Assembly (NCBI GenBank): GCA_046758505.1
Contig: JBHIAH010000003.1
Location: 32,001-96,000 of the forward strand
Length of the DNA: 64,000 bases
Direction of reading: 5' to 3'
DNA from: Candidatus Methylomirabilales bacterium
Lineage (GTDB): Bacteria; Methylomirabilota; Methylomirabilia; Methylomirabilales; CSP1-5
This document shows positions 41,477 to 49,728 of this stretch, piece by piece. Position numbers and translations under genes: made by a program. The stretch's first letter is position 1, and the number at the start of each line of letters is the position of its first letter. The notes under the pieces are model-generated. The model made no database searches. It was not told the origin of the DNA and worked only from the letters and a program-made list of their open reading frames with translations.

Positions 41477-42769
41477 TCAGGATCTATCGAGAAGCGGCGC
41501 GAGCAGTGCACGCAGTTGCCGGACGCGCTCCGCGGCTGCCCCCTTTGTCTGCAGCGTCGCCCGAACCACTGGCCGGGCGATCTCCCACCCATCATAGTGG
41601 GAGCAGAGCTCGAGGAGTCGGGCCGCGGCGATCTCCGGATCGGTTGCGACCAACGTCGTCGTTGCCGCGACATCGATCGCCGATGCCAGGTCCCCTCCTT
41701 TCGCGAGCACGTAGGTCAGGTTCCTGAGGGCGAAGTGGTTGTCCGGATCGGCGTTCACCACCTGCCTGAAGTGCTCCGCGGCGACTTCGTTCTCACCGCG
41801 CCGCATCAACACGTTGCCGAGGTTGTAGCGGGCGCCGGCGTGTGCGGGATCACAAGCCAACGACCTGCGATAGCAGTGTTCGGCCCTCTCCTCGTCGTCG
41901 AGCTCGGTGAAGCTCCGGCCGAGGGAGAAGAAGGCACCGGCGAGCAGCCGCGGCGGATGCAGTTCGGCGTCGTACTGCTGCAGCGTCTGCAGCGTCATTT
42001 TGATCACGTCGACTTCGATCTGGGGGAGGACGGCTCCTCGCTTCTGGCCCCGCATGAGCTCGTCGTAGCCCTCGCGGATCTCATCGAGCAGCTCGGCCGG
42101 CGGGAGCGGAGGGAGTTGCGCCTCCCGCTGAGCCTGCGTCCGGCTGCTCTCTCCCTCGTCCTTGCCACACCAGCGCTGCACATCTCGGACCAGCTCTGCT
42201 CCCTTTTCCTCGGAGAGAGCCGCGAGCCACGTCTGGACCATGAGCATCCACTGCTCGAGAATGCCCGACGTCATCTCGCCGAGAGGCGCACAGCGGACCA
42301 GTTGCCAGGTCTCGTTGAAAGCCGCCTCGGACGATTGACGATCGACGAAGACTTGCGCCGCGAGGTTCAAGACGGCCGCGTCCGCCAGATCGGCGGGGCG
42401 GGTGAAGGGAAAGCGCTGGTAGAGTCCGAGGGCGCGCGCAGTGGTCTTCGACGCGTCTGGGTGATCGGTGTTGAGCAGCAGCATACCGGCACCGAAGCAA
42501 GCGTGCGCCGCCTCGAGTATGGCCTCCCCGGGGAAGGCCTCCAGGAGCGATGCGGCTCTGAGGTAGGCTTTGATCGCCTCTTCGGTGTCGCCGGCCTGCC
42601 TGAGAAAGTGTGCGAGCGTGATGGTCAGGCGGCCCCGATCCTCGTGATCGTCTGGCTCCATCGATTCGATGAGCTCGCGTAGGACCGAGGCGCCACGAGC
42701 GGGATCTCCGCCGGCTGTAAGAGTCTCGGCCTGCTTCAGCAGGTCGCGCTGGTCGTCGTTGAGTGGCAT
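41477..42769 (-). CDS. Tetratricopeptide repeat protein
   Basis: AFFSLG, AEHCYRRSL, ARYNLGNVL, ALRNL. Confidence 0.82.
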   Translation of the reverse strand: MPLNDDQRDLLKQAETLTAGGDPARGASVLRELIESMEPDDHEDRGRLTITLAHFLRQAGDTEEAIKAYLRAASLLEAFPGEAILEAAHACFGAGMLLLNTDHPDASKTTARALGLYQRFPFTRPADLADAAVLNLAAQVFVDRQSSEAAFNETWQLVRCAPLGEMTSGILEQWMLMVQTWLAALSEEKGAELVRDVQRWCGKDEGESSRTQAQREAQLPPLPPAELLDEIREGYDELMRGQKRGAVLPQIEVDVIKMTLQTLQQYDAELHPPRLLAGAFFSLGRSFTELDDEERAEHCYRRSLACDPAHAGARYNLGNVLMRRGENEVAAEHFRQVVNADPDNHFALRNLTYVLAKGGDLASAIDVAATTTLVATDPEIAAARLLELCSHYDGWEIARPVVRATLQTKGAAAERVRQLRALLAPLLDRS

Positions 42770-42778
42770 CGCACAATG

Positions 42779-44482
42779 CTACAACGGCCCGGAGCCCGTG
42801 ACGAAGGCATCGTCATCCAGCCAGTCGGCCAGCGCGGAGGCCTGCCGGCGGACAGTTTCCTCGTACTCGTCATCCGTGGGAAAAAGGTCCGGATCGAAGG
42901 GGAGGAGAGACGGGTCGAGCACGGCGTAGGCGGGAAGGCGATTCGCATCGGCGAGGATCTGCTCGACGCACTCGAGGCGCCGCCGGATCTCTCCGGACAC
43001 CCAGCTATGGTCGCTTGTGAGGTTTTCTGCTGCGATAGGCGGCGGTACAGAGAACGCGTCGGGGGGCAGCTCCAGCCGCATTCCTGTCTTCTCTTCGAAG
43101 TCGCGGCAGAACTCGGCCGCCACCGAGCGGCGGGCGCGGCTGAGCTCCTGTGCAGCGAGCATCGCGTGCTGCCTTCGTCCCTCCAAATTCTCGGGACTAT
43201 CCATCAGCCGGCTCGCCTCGACTGCCACCGCCGCCTGCGATCGCAGCTCGTCGCCGGCTTCGCCGAGCGATGGCGAGGTTTTCAGCGACGCGGTGGGAAA
43301 GCGGGGGAGCAGACGGAAGCTCTCGCGGGCGATGAGGGCGCCCGCCGCGTCGAGGCCACGTTGGAGCCGTTTGCCGAGGGCGTCGCGTCGCTTGAAGCCT
43401 TCGATCGACAAAGCCTGCGCCGAAGCCAGATCGTCAGGCGAGCCCCAGGAGACGATCGAGAGCAGTGCCGCGACGCTGAAGAAGGAGCAACCGAGGTCGA
43501 TGCGGTCCGGGAAGAGCGCTGATTCGCTCACTCCTGTGGCGGCCTCGAGCTGCTCGCCGGCCTGGGAGGGCAACGTCAGCTCCTCGGCGACTGGAAGTTG
43601 ACTCATGTCGCTGAAACAAAGCTCCTCAAGCGGGGTCGGTATGGCCGCGCGGGCGGCGCCCGGGAGCCATTCGGGAGCGAAGGGGTTGCCATCGAAGTAG
43701 ATCGGGCACGCTAGCGCCCCACGCTGCGCGTGCGGGCGCCGAACGGTCTGGTCCATCGAGGTCAGGTCGATAATACGGAGTCCTGGCGTCCGGCTCAGGG
43801 GAGCGTCTCGCTTGGCCTCTTCGATGCCTTTCTTAAACGCGTCCCGCAGGTCCCCGGCTAGCATCGCATCGACCCACGCGTCGGCGGGGTCGGGCCGCCC
43901 GGGGTCGTCGATCTCAAGCAGCAACTCCGTTCGGCGTCGTGCCGGCCAGCGGAAAACTCGACCGGGCTCGCCTGAAGGACGGAAGGATCCGTCGACCCGC
44001 TCGTGAGTGGCGAAGAAGGCCGCTACGACGGCGTCGAAGCAGACATCGACATAGAGGGTGGGCAGCCCATAGTGCTGCGCGAGAGCGGCGGTCGCCTCGG
44101 CTTGAGTCGGCGCGAAGTGGAAAGGACCGGCGGCACCACCGATAGTGGCCGATGGGGAGGGGGCGAGGGGCTGTGGCAGGACGGGCATCTCGCTCCCGAA
44201 AAGCTGCGTTGCCGTGAAGCGACTGGTTCGCTCCATGAGGAGGCGGACGAGACTTGTGTCGAGGGAGTGAAGCCGGTTTCCGAAGAACTTCCGGTGCGTT
44301 GGCCGCAGGTAGCCAGGGAGCACGGTAGGGAACTTCGCCGCCTGGCCCCGGTAGATCCAGGCGTCGCATGGGCAGGGCTCGTCGGCCCAGGCCAGGAGCT
44401 CCTCCAACCATCCCGGGCGCTTCGTCGCGCCGCCTGCCGCATCGTCGTCAGCTCGGCGCAGGCTGCATCGGTTCATCGTCAT
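42779..44482 (-). CDS. FRG-domain protein with long C-terminal extension
   Basis: WIYRGQ, ALAQHYGLPTLYVD...AAFFA, RPHAQRG. Confidence 0.85.
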   Translation of the reverse strand: MTMNRCSLRRADDDAAGGATKRPGWLEELLAWADEPCPCDAWIYRGQAAKFPTVLPGYLRPTHRKFFGNRLHSLDTSLVRLLMERTSRFTATQLFGSEMPVLPQPLAPSPSATIGGAAGPFHFAPTQAEATAALAQHYGLPTLYVDVCFDAVVAAFFATHERVDGSFRPSGEPGRVFRWPARRRTELLLEIDDPGRPDPADAWVDAMLAGDLRDAFKKGIEEAKRDAPLSRTPGLRIIDLTSMDQTVRRPHAQRGALACPIYFDGNPFAPEWLPGAARAAIPTPLEELCFSDMSQLPVAEELTLPSQAGEQLEAATGVSESALFPDRIDLGCSFFSVAALLSIVSWGSPDDLASAQALSIEGFKRRDALGKRLQRGLDAAGALIARESFRLLPRFPTASLKTSPSLGEAGDELRSQAAVAVEASRLMDSPENLEGRRQHAMLAAQELSRARRSVAAEFCRDFEEKTGMRLELPPDAFSVPPPIAAENLTSDHSWVSGEIRRRLECVEQILADANRLPAYAVLDPSLLPFDPDLFPTDDEYEETVRRQASALADWLDDDAFVTGSGPL

Positions 44483-44813
44483 TCGCCTTGCCGAGGGAAT
44501 GCGTGTGATAATGTGTGATAAGAATTCCCTTTTGCGTGAGAGCAATCTAACGAGACAGGTGCTTGGTGTCAAGGAAAATGATACCAAAAGATACGGCGGT
44601 TAGGGGAAAAGTACCCCGAGACATGGAGGGTGGGTAGCAGGCGGGCGTTCGGAGGATTATAGGAGCCGTGAGTGGTTAGGAGCTGGGGTGTGTGGCACCG
44701 GACGGGCAAGTTTGACCCCCACCGGCTCATCGAGGCCTTGGAGGGCTTAGGAGTCATGAGGAGGAGTACGGCCAAGCCGGGGAAGGTAAAGCGTGGAGAA
44801 AGTAGGAAGGTTG

Positions 44814-45033
44814 CTACTGAGGACCTTGGCGAGCATGACTTTCTCTCACGGCAGGCATCTAACCGCACATGGCTGGTGACATACACTTACCCGATTCTGC
44901 CGTCCCTCGCAAGCGGAAACGGGAACCTGTGTAGAGTGCGTGTACTTAGAGGATAAAGGAGGAAAGGACTAAAGGGAGATGCCTTAAGTGATCCATTGGT
45001 TTGTGTTCGTTGGTTTGTGTCAGGCATGTATTT
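44814..45033 (+). repeat. 220-bp direct repeat, copy 2
   Basis: Identical to 40164-40383. Confidence 0.95.
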
Positions 45034-45148
45034 TGGGTAATTTTTGCCTTGCGGCCATCGGCGTGGGGACCTGTCCAACGCGTCGGGGTGGCCGATCCAT
45101 ATCCTAGAGGGTAGCCCGGGGGGCGTCAAATAGTCACTATCGCACGCT

Positions 45149-45164
45149 TGGCACCGAACTTGCT
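45149..45164 (+). promoter_or_regulatory. Sigma54 (-24/-12) promoter
   Basis: Perfect consensus TGGCAC-N5-TTGCT. Confidence 0.7.
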
Positions 45165-45343
45165 TTTTACCGAGCCTGTTCCCGCGGGGCCGGCGAACCA
45201 GTTGACTTTTACACGGCTCTCGGGTACCGTTTCCCCCGTTCGACAGGTCCTGAGAGGCACCGAGCACGGTGCTGTGATCCCGGAGGTTCCATTTCCTTCT
45301 GACGACGACACCAGGCCACTCTCATTCAGGATAAAACAGGGAA

Positions 45344-45934
45344 GTGTCCATGATTCACGTCGGGTCTCGGCTGTGCGTCGCGTCATACCGTGATCCTGTC
45401 TTATCTGCCGACGATATCCTTGTCCTGATTCGCCCCAGTACCGCGTTCGGCGATGGAAACCACGCGACCACGCAGATGTGCCTGGAAATGCTCGAATGCG
45501 AGATAGGCGGGGGAGAACTCGTATTAGATCTCGGAACCGGATCCGGGGTGCTGGCCATCGCCGCGGCCAGGCTCGGGGCGCGGAAAGTCATCGCGGTTGA
45601 TACCGCGCGGCATGCGTGCAAGGCCGCCTCCGTGAACATCCCCACAAACGATGTGGAACAAACGGTTCATGTATTGCACGGGTCCGTAGAGGCACTACAC
45701 CCCGACAAGATATTTGACGTGATCGTCACCAATCTCTACAACGCGGAGCAAGTCAGGGCGGTTTTGCCTGAAATAGCCCGGAGAGTCCGTGGGCGGGGCA
45801 TGCTTATTTGTGGGGGAATCTGGATGCGTCGCGACGAAGAAATGATTCGCCTTCTCGCCGATGAACATTTCGCGGTCCGGACGCGGCGAACCATGGACGA
45901 TTATGTCACGATTGCCGCGGTGAAAGAGGCCTAA
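45344..45934 (+). CDS. PrmA-like SAM methyltransferase (catalytic domain only)
   Basis: PSTAFGDGNHATTQMCL, VLDLGTGSGVLAI, FDVIVTN. Confidence 0.82.
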   Translation: MSMIHVGSRLCVASYRDPVLSADDILVLIRPSTAFGDGNHATTQMCLEMLECEIGGGELVLDLGTGSGVLAIAAARLGARKVIAVDTARHACKAASVNIPTNDVEQTVHVLHGSVEALHPDKIFDVIVTNLYNAEQVRAVLPEIARRVRGRGMLICGGIWMRRDEEMIRLLADEHFAVRTRRTMDDYVTIAAVKEA

Positions 45935-45972
45935 ACGCACGATGAGTGAGAAGGACCGGGCGGACAGAGCGG

Positions 45973-46623
45973 TTATCTGATCGACACGATGTAGTTGAGT
46001 TGGGCCGAGTCGACGTCGACGAGGGCTTTCAGTCGCTCGACCAAGATCGGGGTGAGCGCCTTCAGATCAATGTGCAGCAACACGCCCGCTTCCCCTGTCA
46101 CCTCTCCCGTGAGGGGGAGGCCGAGGTCTCTTTCCAGCCCGCGCACCAGTCGGGCAAAGCGCACGTCGCCGGGATCCGCGCGCCCTTGCGCAGCCGCTTC
46201 GGACTCCGGGCTGCCCGGCACATACGTAATAACAAGCGGTTTCGGCAACGAGACGCCCACAGGGGCTTTGGGTCTGTCCGGGTTCACGCGGACCCTCGCC
46301 ACGTTATCCCGCGTGCGGAGTCGCCTCGCGAGTCTGGCGGTCAGCTTTTCACCATCGACGGACAACAGAACCCAGTTGCCCCCCGTTACCTGCTTCGCCT
46401 TCATGGGGATACCGGTCTTCCCCGCCACCCGGGTGACCACCGGGGCCAAGGCCCCGAGATCCGGTGGATAGACCTGGCTGGCTCGGGCGACCGCTGCACT
46501 CCCCTCCGTTCCGGGGGCAAACTTGATGAGCGCCTCTCCCGGGACAAAGCGGGGGGATGGTACCGGTGCAGCACCGAGGAGGAGGGTTGAAAGAGCGAGA
46601 CCGACGATTGCAGACACAATCAC
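45973..46623 (-). CDS. Secreted protein of two subtilase-prodomain-like repeats
   Basis: Signal peptide; RFVPGEALIKF...DVDSAQLNYI matches ends of the neighbouring protease prodomain. Confidence 0.7.
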   Translation of the reverse strand: MIVSAIVGLALSTLLLGAAPVPSPRFVPGEALIKFAPGTEGSAAVARASQVYPPDLGALAPVVTRVAGKTGIPMKAKQVTGGNWVLLSVDGEKLTARLARRLRTRDNVARVRVNPDRPKAPVGVSLPKPLVITYVPGSPESEAAAQGRADPGDVRFARLVRGLERDLGLPLTGEVTGEAGVLLHIDLKALTPILVERLKALVDVDSAQLNYIVSIR

Positions 46624-46695
46624 ATCCTCATGGGTTGCGGGATCTGCACGTTCCCTGGATACCTAACAGTATACGAAGACTGGGGGGAGGAAACA

Positions 46696-48495
46696 ATGAA
46701 GACCTCTGCACTCGTAGTTCTGGGGGCCTTTGGAAGCCTGGTGCTCGGCCAGCTGCCTGTACAGGCACAGCCGCGCACGCCCGAAGAGGTCCAACGGCTG
46801 TTCGAGTTCACGCGCCCCGCCGAGGCGCAGTTCGTTCCCGGGGAAGTGATCGTGAAGATGAAGCCGACCCGGCGCCTCAAGAGAAGCGAGGTTTCGCAAT
46901 TAAAGCTCCAGGCGGTCAGGACGACGTCCGGCGGCGAGATGATCTATCGCATTCCGCCGTCGATCACCAGAACGCTCTCACCAACCGAGGCGCGCGATCG
47001 GACGTTGGCCGTCATCCGTTCGCTCAGCGCGCGACCCGACGTCGCATACGCACAGGCGAACTACATCCTCCACATTGCCGACAGAACTCCGAACGATCCC
47101 CGCTTCCCCGAGCAGTGGCACTACTTCAACAATGGGACCGGTCCCGGGGCGTCCCCGGGAGGGATCAGCCTGCCGAGGGCCTGGGACACAAGCATCGGAA
47201 GCAGTAGCGTCGTCGTCGCAGTCATCGACACCGGCATTCTGCCAAACCACCAGGATATCGCCGGCTCGCCGAACCCGATCGCCGGCTTCGACATGATTAG
47301 CGATGCGACCATCGCAAACGATGGAAACGGTCGCGACACCGATCCCACGGACCCCGGCGACGCCGTCGCCGCCAACGAGTGCTTTCCGGGGAGCCCCGCC
47401 CTCCCGGATAGCTGGCACGGCACCCATGTGGCCGGGACCGTCGGCGTCGGCAGGACCAACAACGGCGTCGGGGTCGCCGGCATCAACTGGAACGTGAGGG
47501 TCCAGCCGGTGCGCGTGCTGGGCAAGTGCGGGGGGACCATCGCGGACATCAACGACGGCATCCGCTGGGCTGCGGGCCTCCCCGTGCCCGGCGTGCCGAC
47601 CAACACGACCCCGGCCCGGGTGATCAACATGAGTCTCGGAGGGACGGGGGCCTGCTCGTTGTCCCCCTCCACACAGGCGGCGATCAATGACGCGGTGGGG
47701 TCGGGGACCGCGGTGGTCGTGGCCGCGGGGAACGAGGCCTCGGACGCGTCAGGTTTTCTCCCCGCAAGCTGCAATAACGTGATCACCGTGGCGGCAAGCG
47801 ACTACCGCGGCCACCTGGTGACCCGCTACTCGAACTTTGGATCCACCGTCGAGATCATGGCGCCCGGCGGTGACGTCCAGCGAGACGACAATGGGGACGG
47901 CAATCCCGACGGGGTCCTCAGCATGGTCCAGGGCGGCTTCGCGTATTACAACGGCACGTCGATGGCGACCCCACACGTGGCGGGTGTGGCCGCCCTCTGG
48001 CTCGCCCAGGACCCCGGGCTGACGCCGGCACAGCTCCTCGCCGCGCTCCAGGGCAACGCGCTGCCCAGGACGGCGAGCCAATGCCCCCAGCCCTGTGGCG
48101 CGGGCCTGCTGAGCGCGCTGCGAGGCCAGTTGCTGGTGAGCCTGGTACTCGATCCCGATAAGACCCTCGATCAGGGCGAAACGACCACCGCCCGAGCCAC
48201 GGTTACCATGGCCGGGGCCCCGCAGCCGGGCAAAACGGTGATGTTCAGCACAGCAGACCCCAGCGTTGCCTCCGTCTCGCCGGCATCCGCCGTGACCGAC
48301 CCGACCGGTCAGACCCAGGCCACCGTGCGGGGCGAATCAAATGGGGAGACAACGGTGACCGCCGTGGTCAATGGTGCCAGCGCGTCGACCCCCGTGAAGG
48401 TCCCCGACGTGTCTGTGATCGGGGTCATCATCCTCGCACTCGGCGTGGGACTCGCTGCGCTTTTGCGAAAGCGACGCGCGTCCGCACGACGATAA
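46696..48495 (+). CDS. S8 subtilisin-like protease with Ig-like domain and C-terminal exosortase signal
   Basis: Triad VAVIDTG/HGTHVAG/GTSMATPH; C-terminus VPDVSVIG-TM-RKRR; ATG 46696 with RBS. Confidence 0.93.
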   Translation: MKTSALVVLGAFGSLVLGQLPVQAQPRTPEEVQRLFEFTRPAEAQFVPGEVIVKMKPTRRLKRSEVSQLKLQAVRTTSGGEMIYRIPPSITRTLSPTEARDRTLAVIRSLSARPDVAYAQANYILHIADRTPNDPRFPEQWHYFNNGTGPGASPGGISLPRAWDTSIGSSSVVVAVIDTGILPNHQDIAGSPNPIAGFDMISDATIANDGNGRDTDPTDPGDAVAANECFPGSPALPDSWHGTHVAGTVGVGRTNNGVGVAGINWNVRVQPVRVLGKCGGTIADINDGIRWAAGLPVPGVPTNTTPARVINMSLGGTGACSLSPSTQAAINDAVGSGTAVVVAAGNEASDASGFLPASCNNVITVAASDYRGHLVTRYSNFGSTVEIMAPGGDVQRDDNGDGNPDGVLSMVQGGFAYYNGTSMATPHVAGVAALWLAQDPGLTPAQLLAALQGNALPRTASQCPQPCGAGLLSALRGQLLVSLVLDPDKTLDQGETTTARATVTMAGAPQPGKTVMFSTADPSVASVSPASAVTDPTGQTQATVRGESNGETTVTAVVNGASASTPVKVPDVSVIGVIILALGVGLAALLRKRRASARR

Positions 48496-48510
48496 TTCCC
48501 GGAGGCTTCA

Positions 48511-49122
48511 ATGTCCGTGGGTCGACAACTGAATCTTCGCTTCGCGGCGGTGATGGTCGGATTCGTGGGCGTCGTGCTGCTCACCTACCGCGAGGACATC
48601 CTCGGGCCGATCCTTGCGCCCCTAACAACGTGGACGGCGCAGGCCACGCTCGTGTTGCTTCACTGGGCAGGCATGGAGGCCGCCCGGGCGGGGACGCTCA
48701 TCGCCCATCCGGACGGCTTCGTCTACGAGATTTACTACCGCTGCACGGGGTTCCTCCCGGTGGCGTTTCTGACCACGTCGATCCTGGCTTACCCTGGGCC
48801 GTTACGACGCAAGTTCGTCGGGCTTGCCGTGGGAGTGCCACTCCTGATCGCGCTCAATCTGGCCCGGCTGGTCCACCTGTTTTACATTGGCGTGCATCAC
48901 CGGGCCGCATTCGATCAGGCGCACGCCATCGTGTGGGAAGGGATCCTCATCCTCACGATCATCGGGCTCTGGCTGGGATGGATCCGATGGTCCGACGCCC
49001 GGGCTACGCGTAGCAGGAGGCCTAATCACTGGGGCGAGCGTCGACCCCAGCGGCCGCTGGGGGGAGCGGACCCCACTCCTTCTCATGGTTCAGAGAGGAG
49101 GTCCGCTCTGCTCACCCGATAA
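48511..49122 (+). CDS. Exosortase (XrtH-like)
   Basis: Multi-TM; Cys (RCTG), Arg (NLARL) and His (AHAIVW) triad. Confidence 0.85.
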   Translation: MSVGRQLNLRFAAVMVGFVGVVLLTYREDILGPILAPLTTWTAQATLVLLHWAGMEAARAGTLIAHPDGFVYEIYYRCTGFLPVAFLTTSILAYPGPLRRKFVGLAVGVPLLIALNLARLVHLFYIGVHHRAAFDQAHAIVWEGILILTIIGLWLGWIRWSDARATRSRRPNHWGERRPQRPLGGADPTPSHGSERRSALLTR

Positions 49123-49199
49123 GACAGACGCTTCACAAAGACAAGGGCCACCTGGATGGTGACCCTTTTCGTCGGGGAGAAAACAAACCGCAGTCGGAG

Positions 49200-49454
49200 T
49201 TACTTTTTGGCCCGAGCACGACGGCGTCGGGCACTTGTTTTTCGGCGGGGCTGGCGCGTGCCCGTGGCACGTCGGGCCCGACGGCGCCGACGCCTTGCCG
49301 GGGCTGCAGCCTTTGCCGGAACCACTGTATAGCCGATTTTGCGCAGCGCCTTGTTGAGGGTACTGACAAGCCTCTTCTCGACCCGCTCCACTCTCTTTCG
49401 CTCGCCAAGAACGACCCCAACACTCTTGACTAGATTCTCAAGTCTTTTTGCCAC
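49200..49454 (-). CDS. Small very basic histone-like/nucleoid protein candidate
   Basis: Helical N-terminus + Arg/Lys/Ala-rich tail; RBS GAGGAGG. Confidence 0.7.
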   Translation of the reverse strand: MAKRLENLVKSVGVVLGERKRVERVEKRLVSTLNKALRKIGYTVVPAKAAAPARRRRRRARRATGTRQPRRKTSARRRRARAKK

Positions 49455-49575
49455 GTCTGCCTCCTCTCAGTGATCTCGGAAAGCAAAAAAGACGCTACCT
49501 AAAAATTCTCTCCGTTTTACCCGACGCATGTCAAGGAAAATCCCCGAATTCGCAAACACATACCGGTTGCATAGC

Positions 49576-49723
49576 ATTTCGAATTGGGGATTTCGGATTT
49601 GGGAGGCGAGGGCTTTTAATTCGAAAGGGTAAGGTCGCCTTCCAGACACCTCATTGCCGACCGCTGATTGTTCTTTTCGGTCGTCGGTCATCGGTCGTCG
49701 GGCCGTTGCGGACGGCTGACAGC
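49576..49723. repeat. Intergenic heptamer repeats (TTCGRAT; CGGTCRT)
   Basis: Read directly from the sequence. Confidence 0.7.
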
Positions 49724-49728
49724 TTGAA

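Noticed and set aside
44662..44728. tRNA/tmRNA-like element (GAGCCG...CGGCTC closing stem, GTTTGACCCC)
   Set aside because: No proper TTCGA loop, anticodon arm or CCA end; at most a degenerate relic
45168..45226. SAH riboswitch on the minus strand (CCGAG...CAGGCTCGG)
   Set aside because: Core GAGCGCUGC motif absent and orientation is opposite to the methyltransferase
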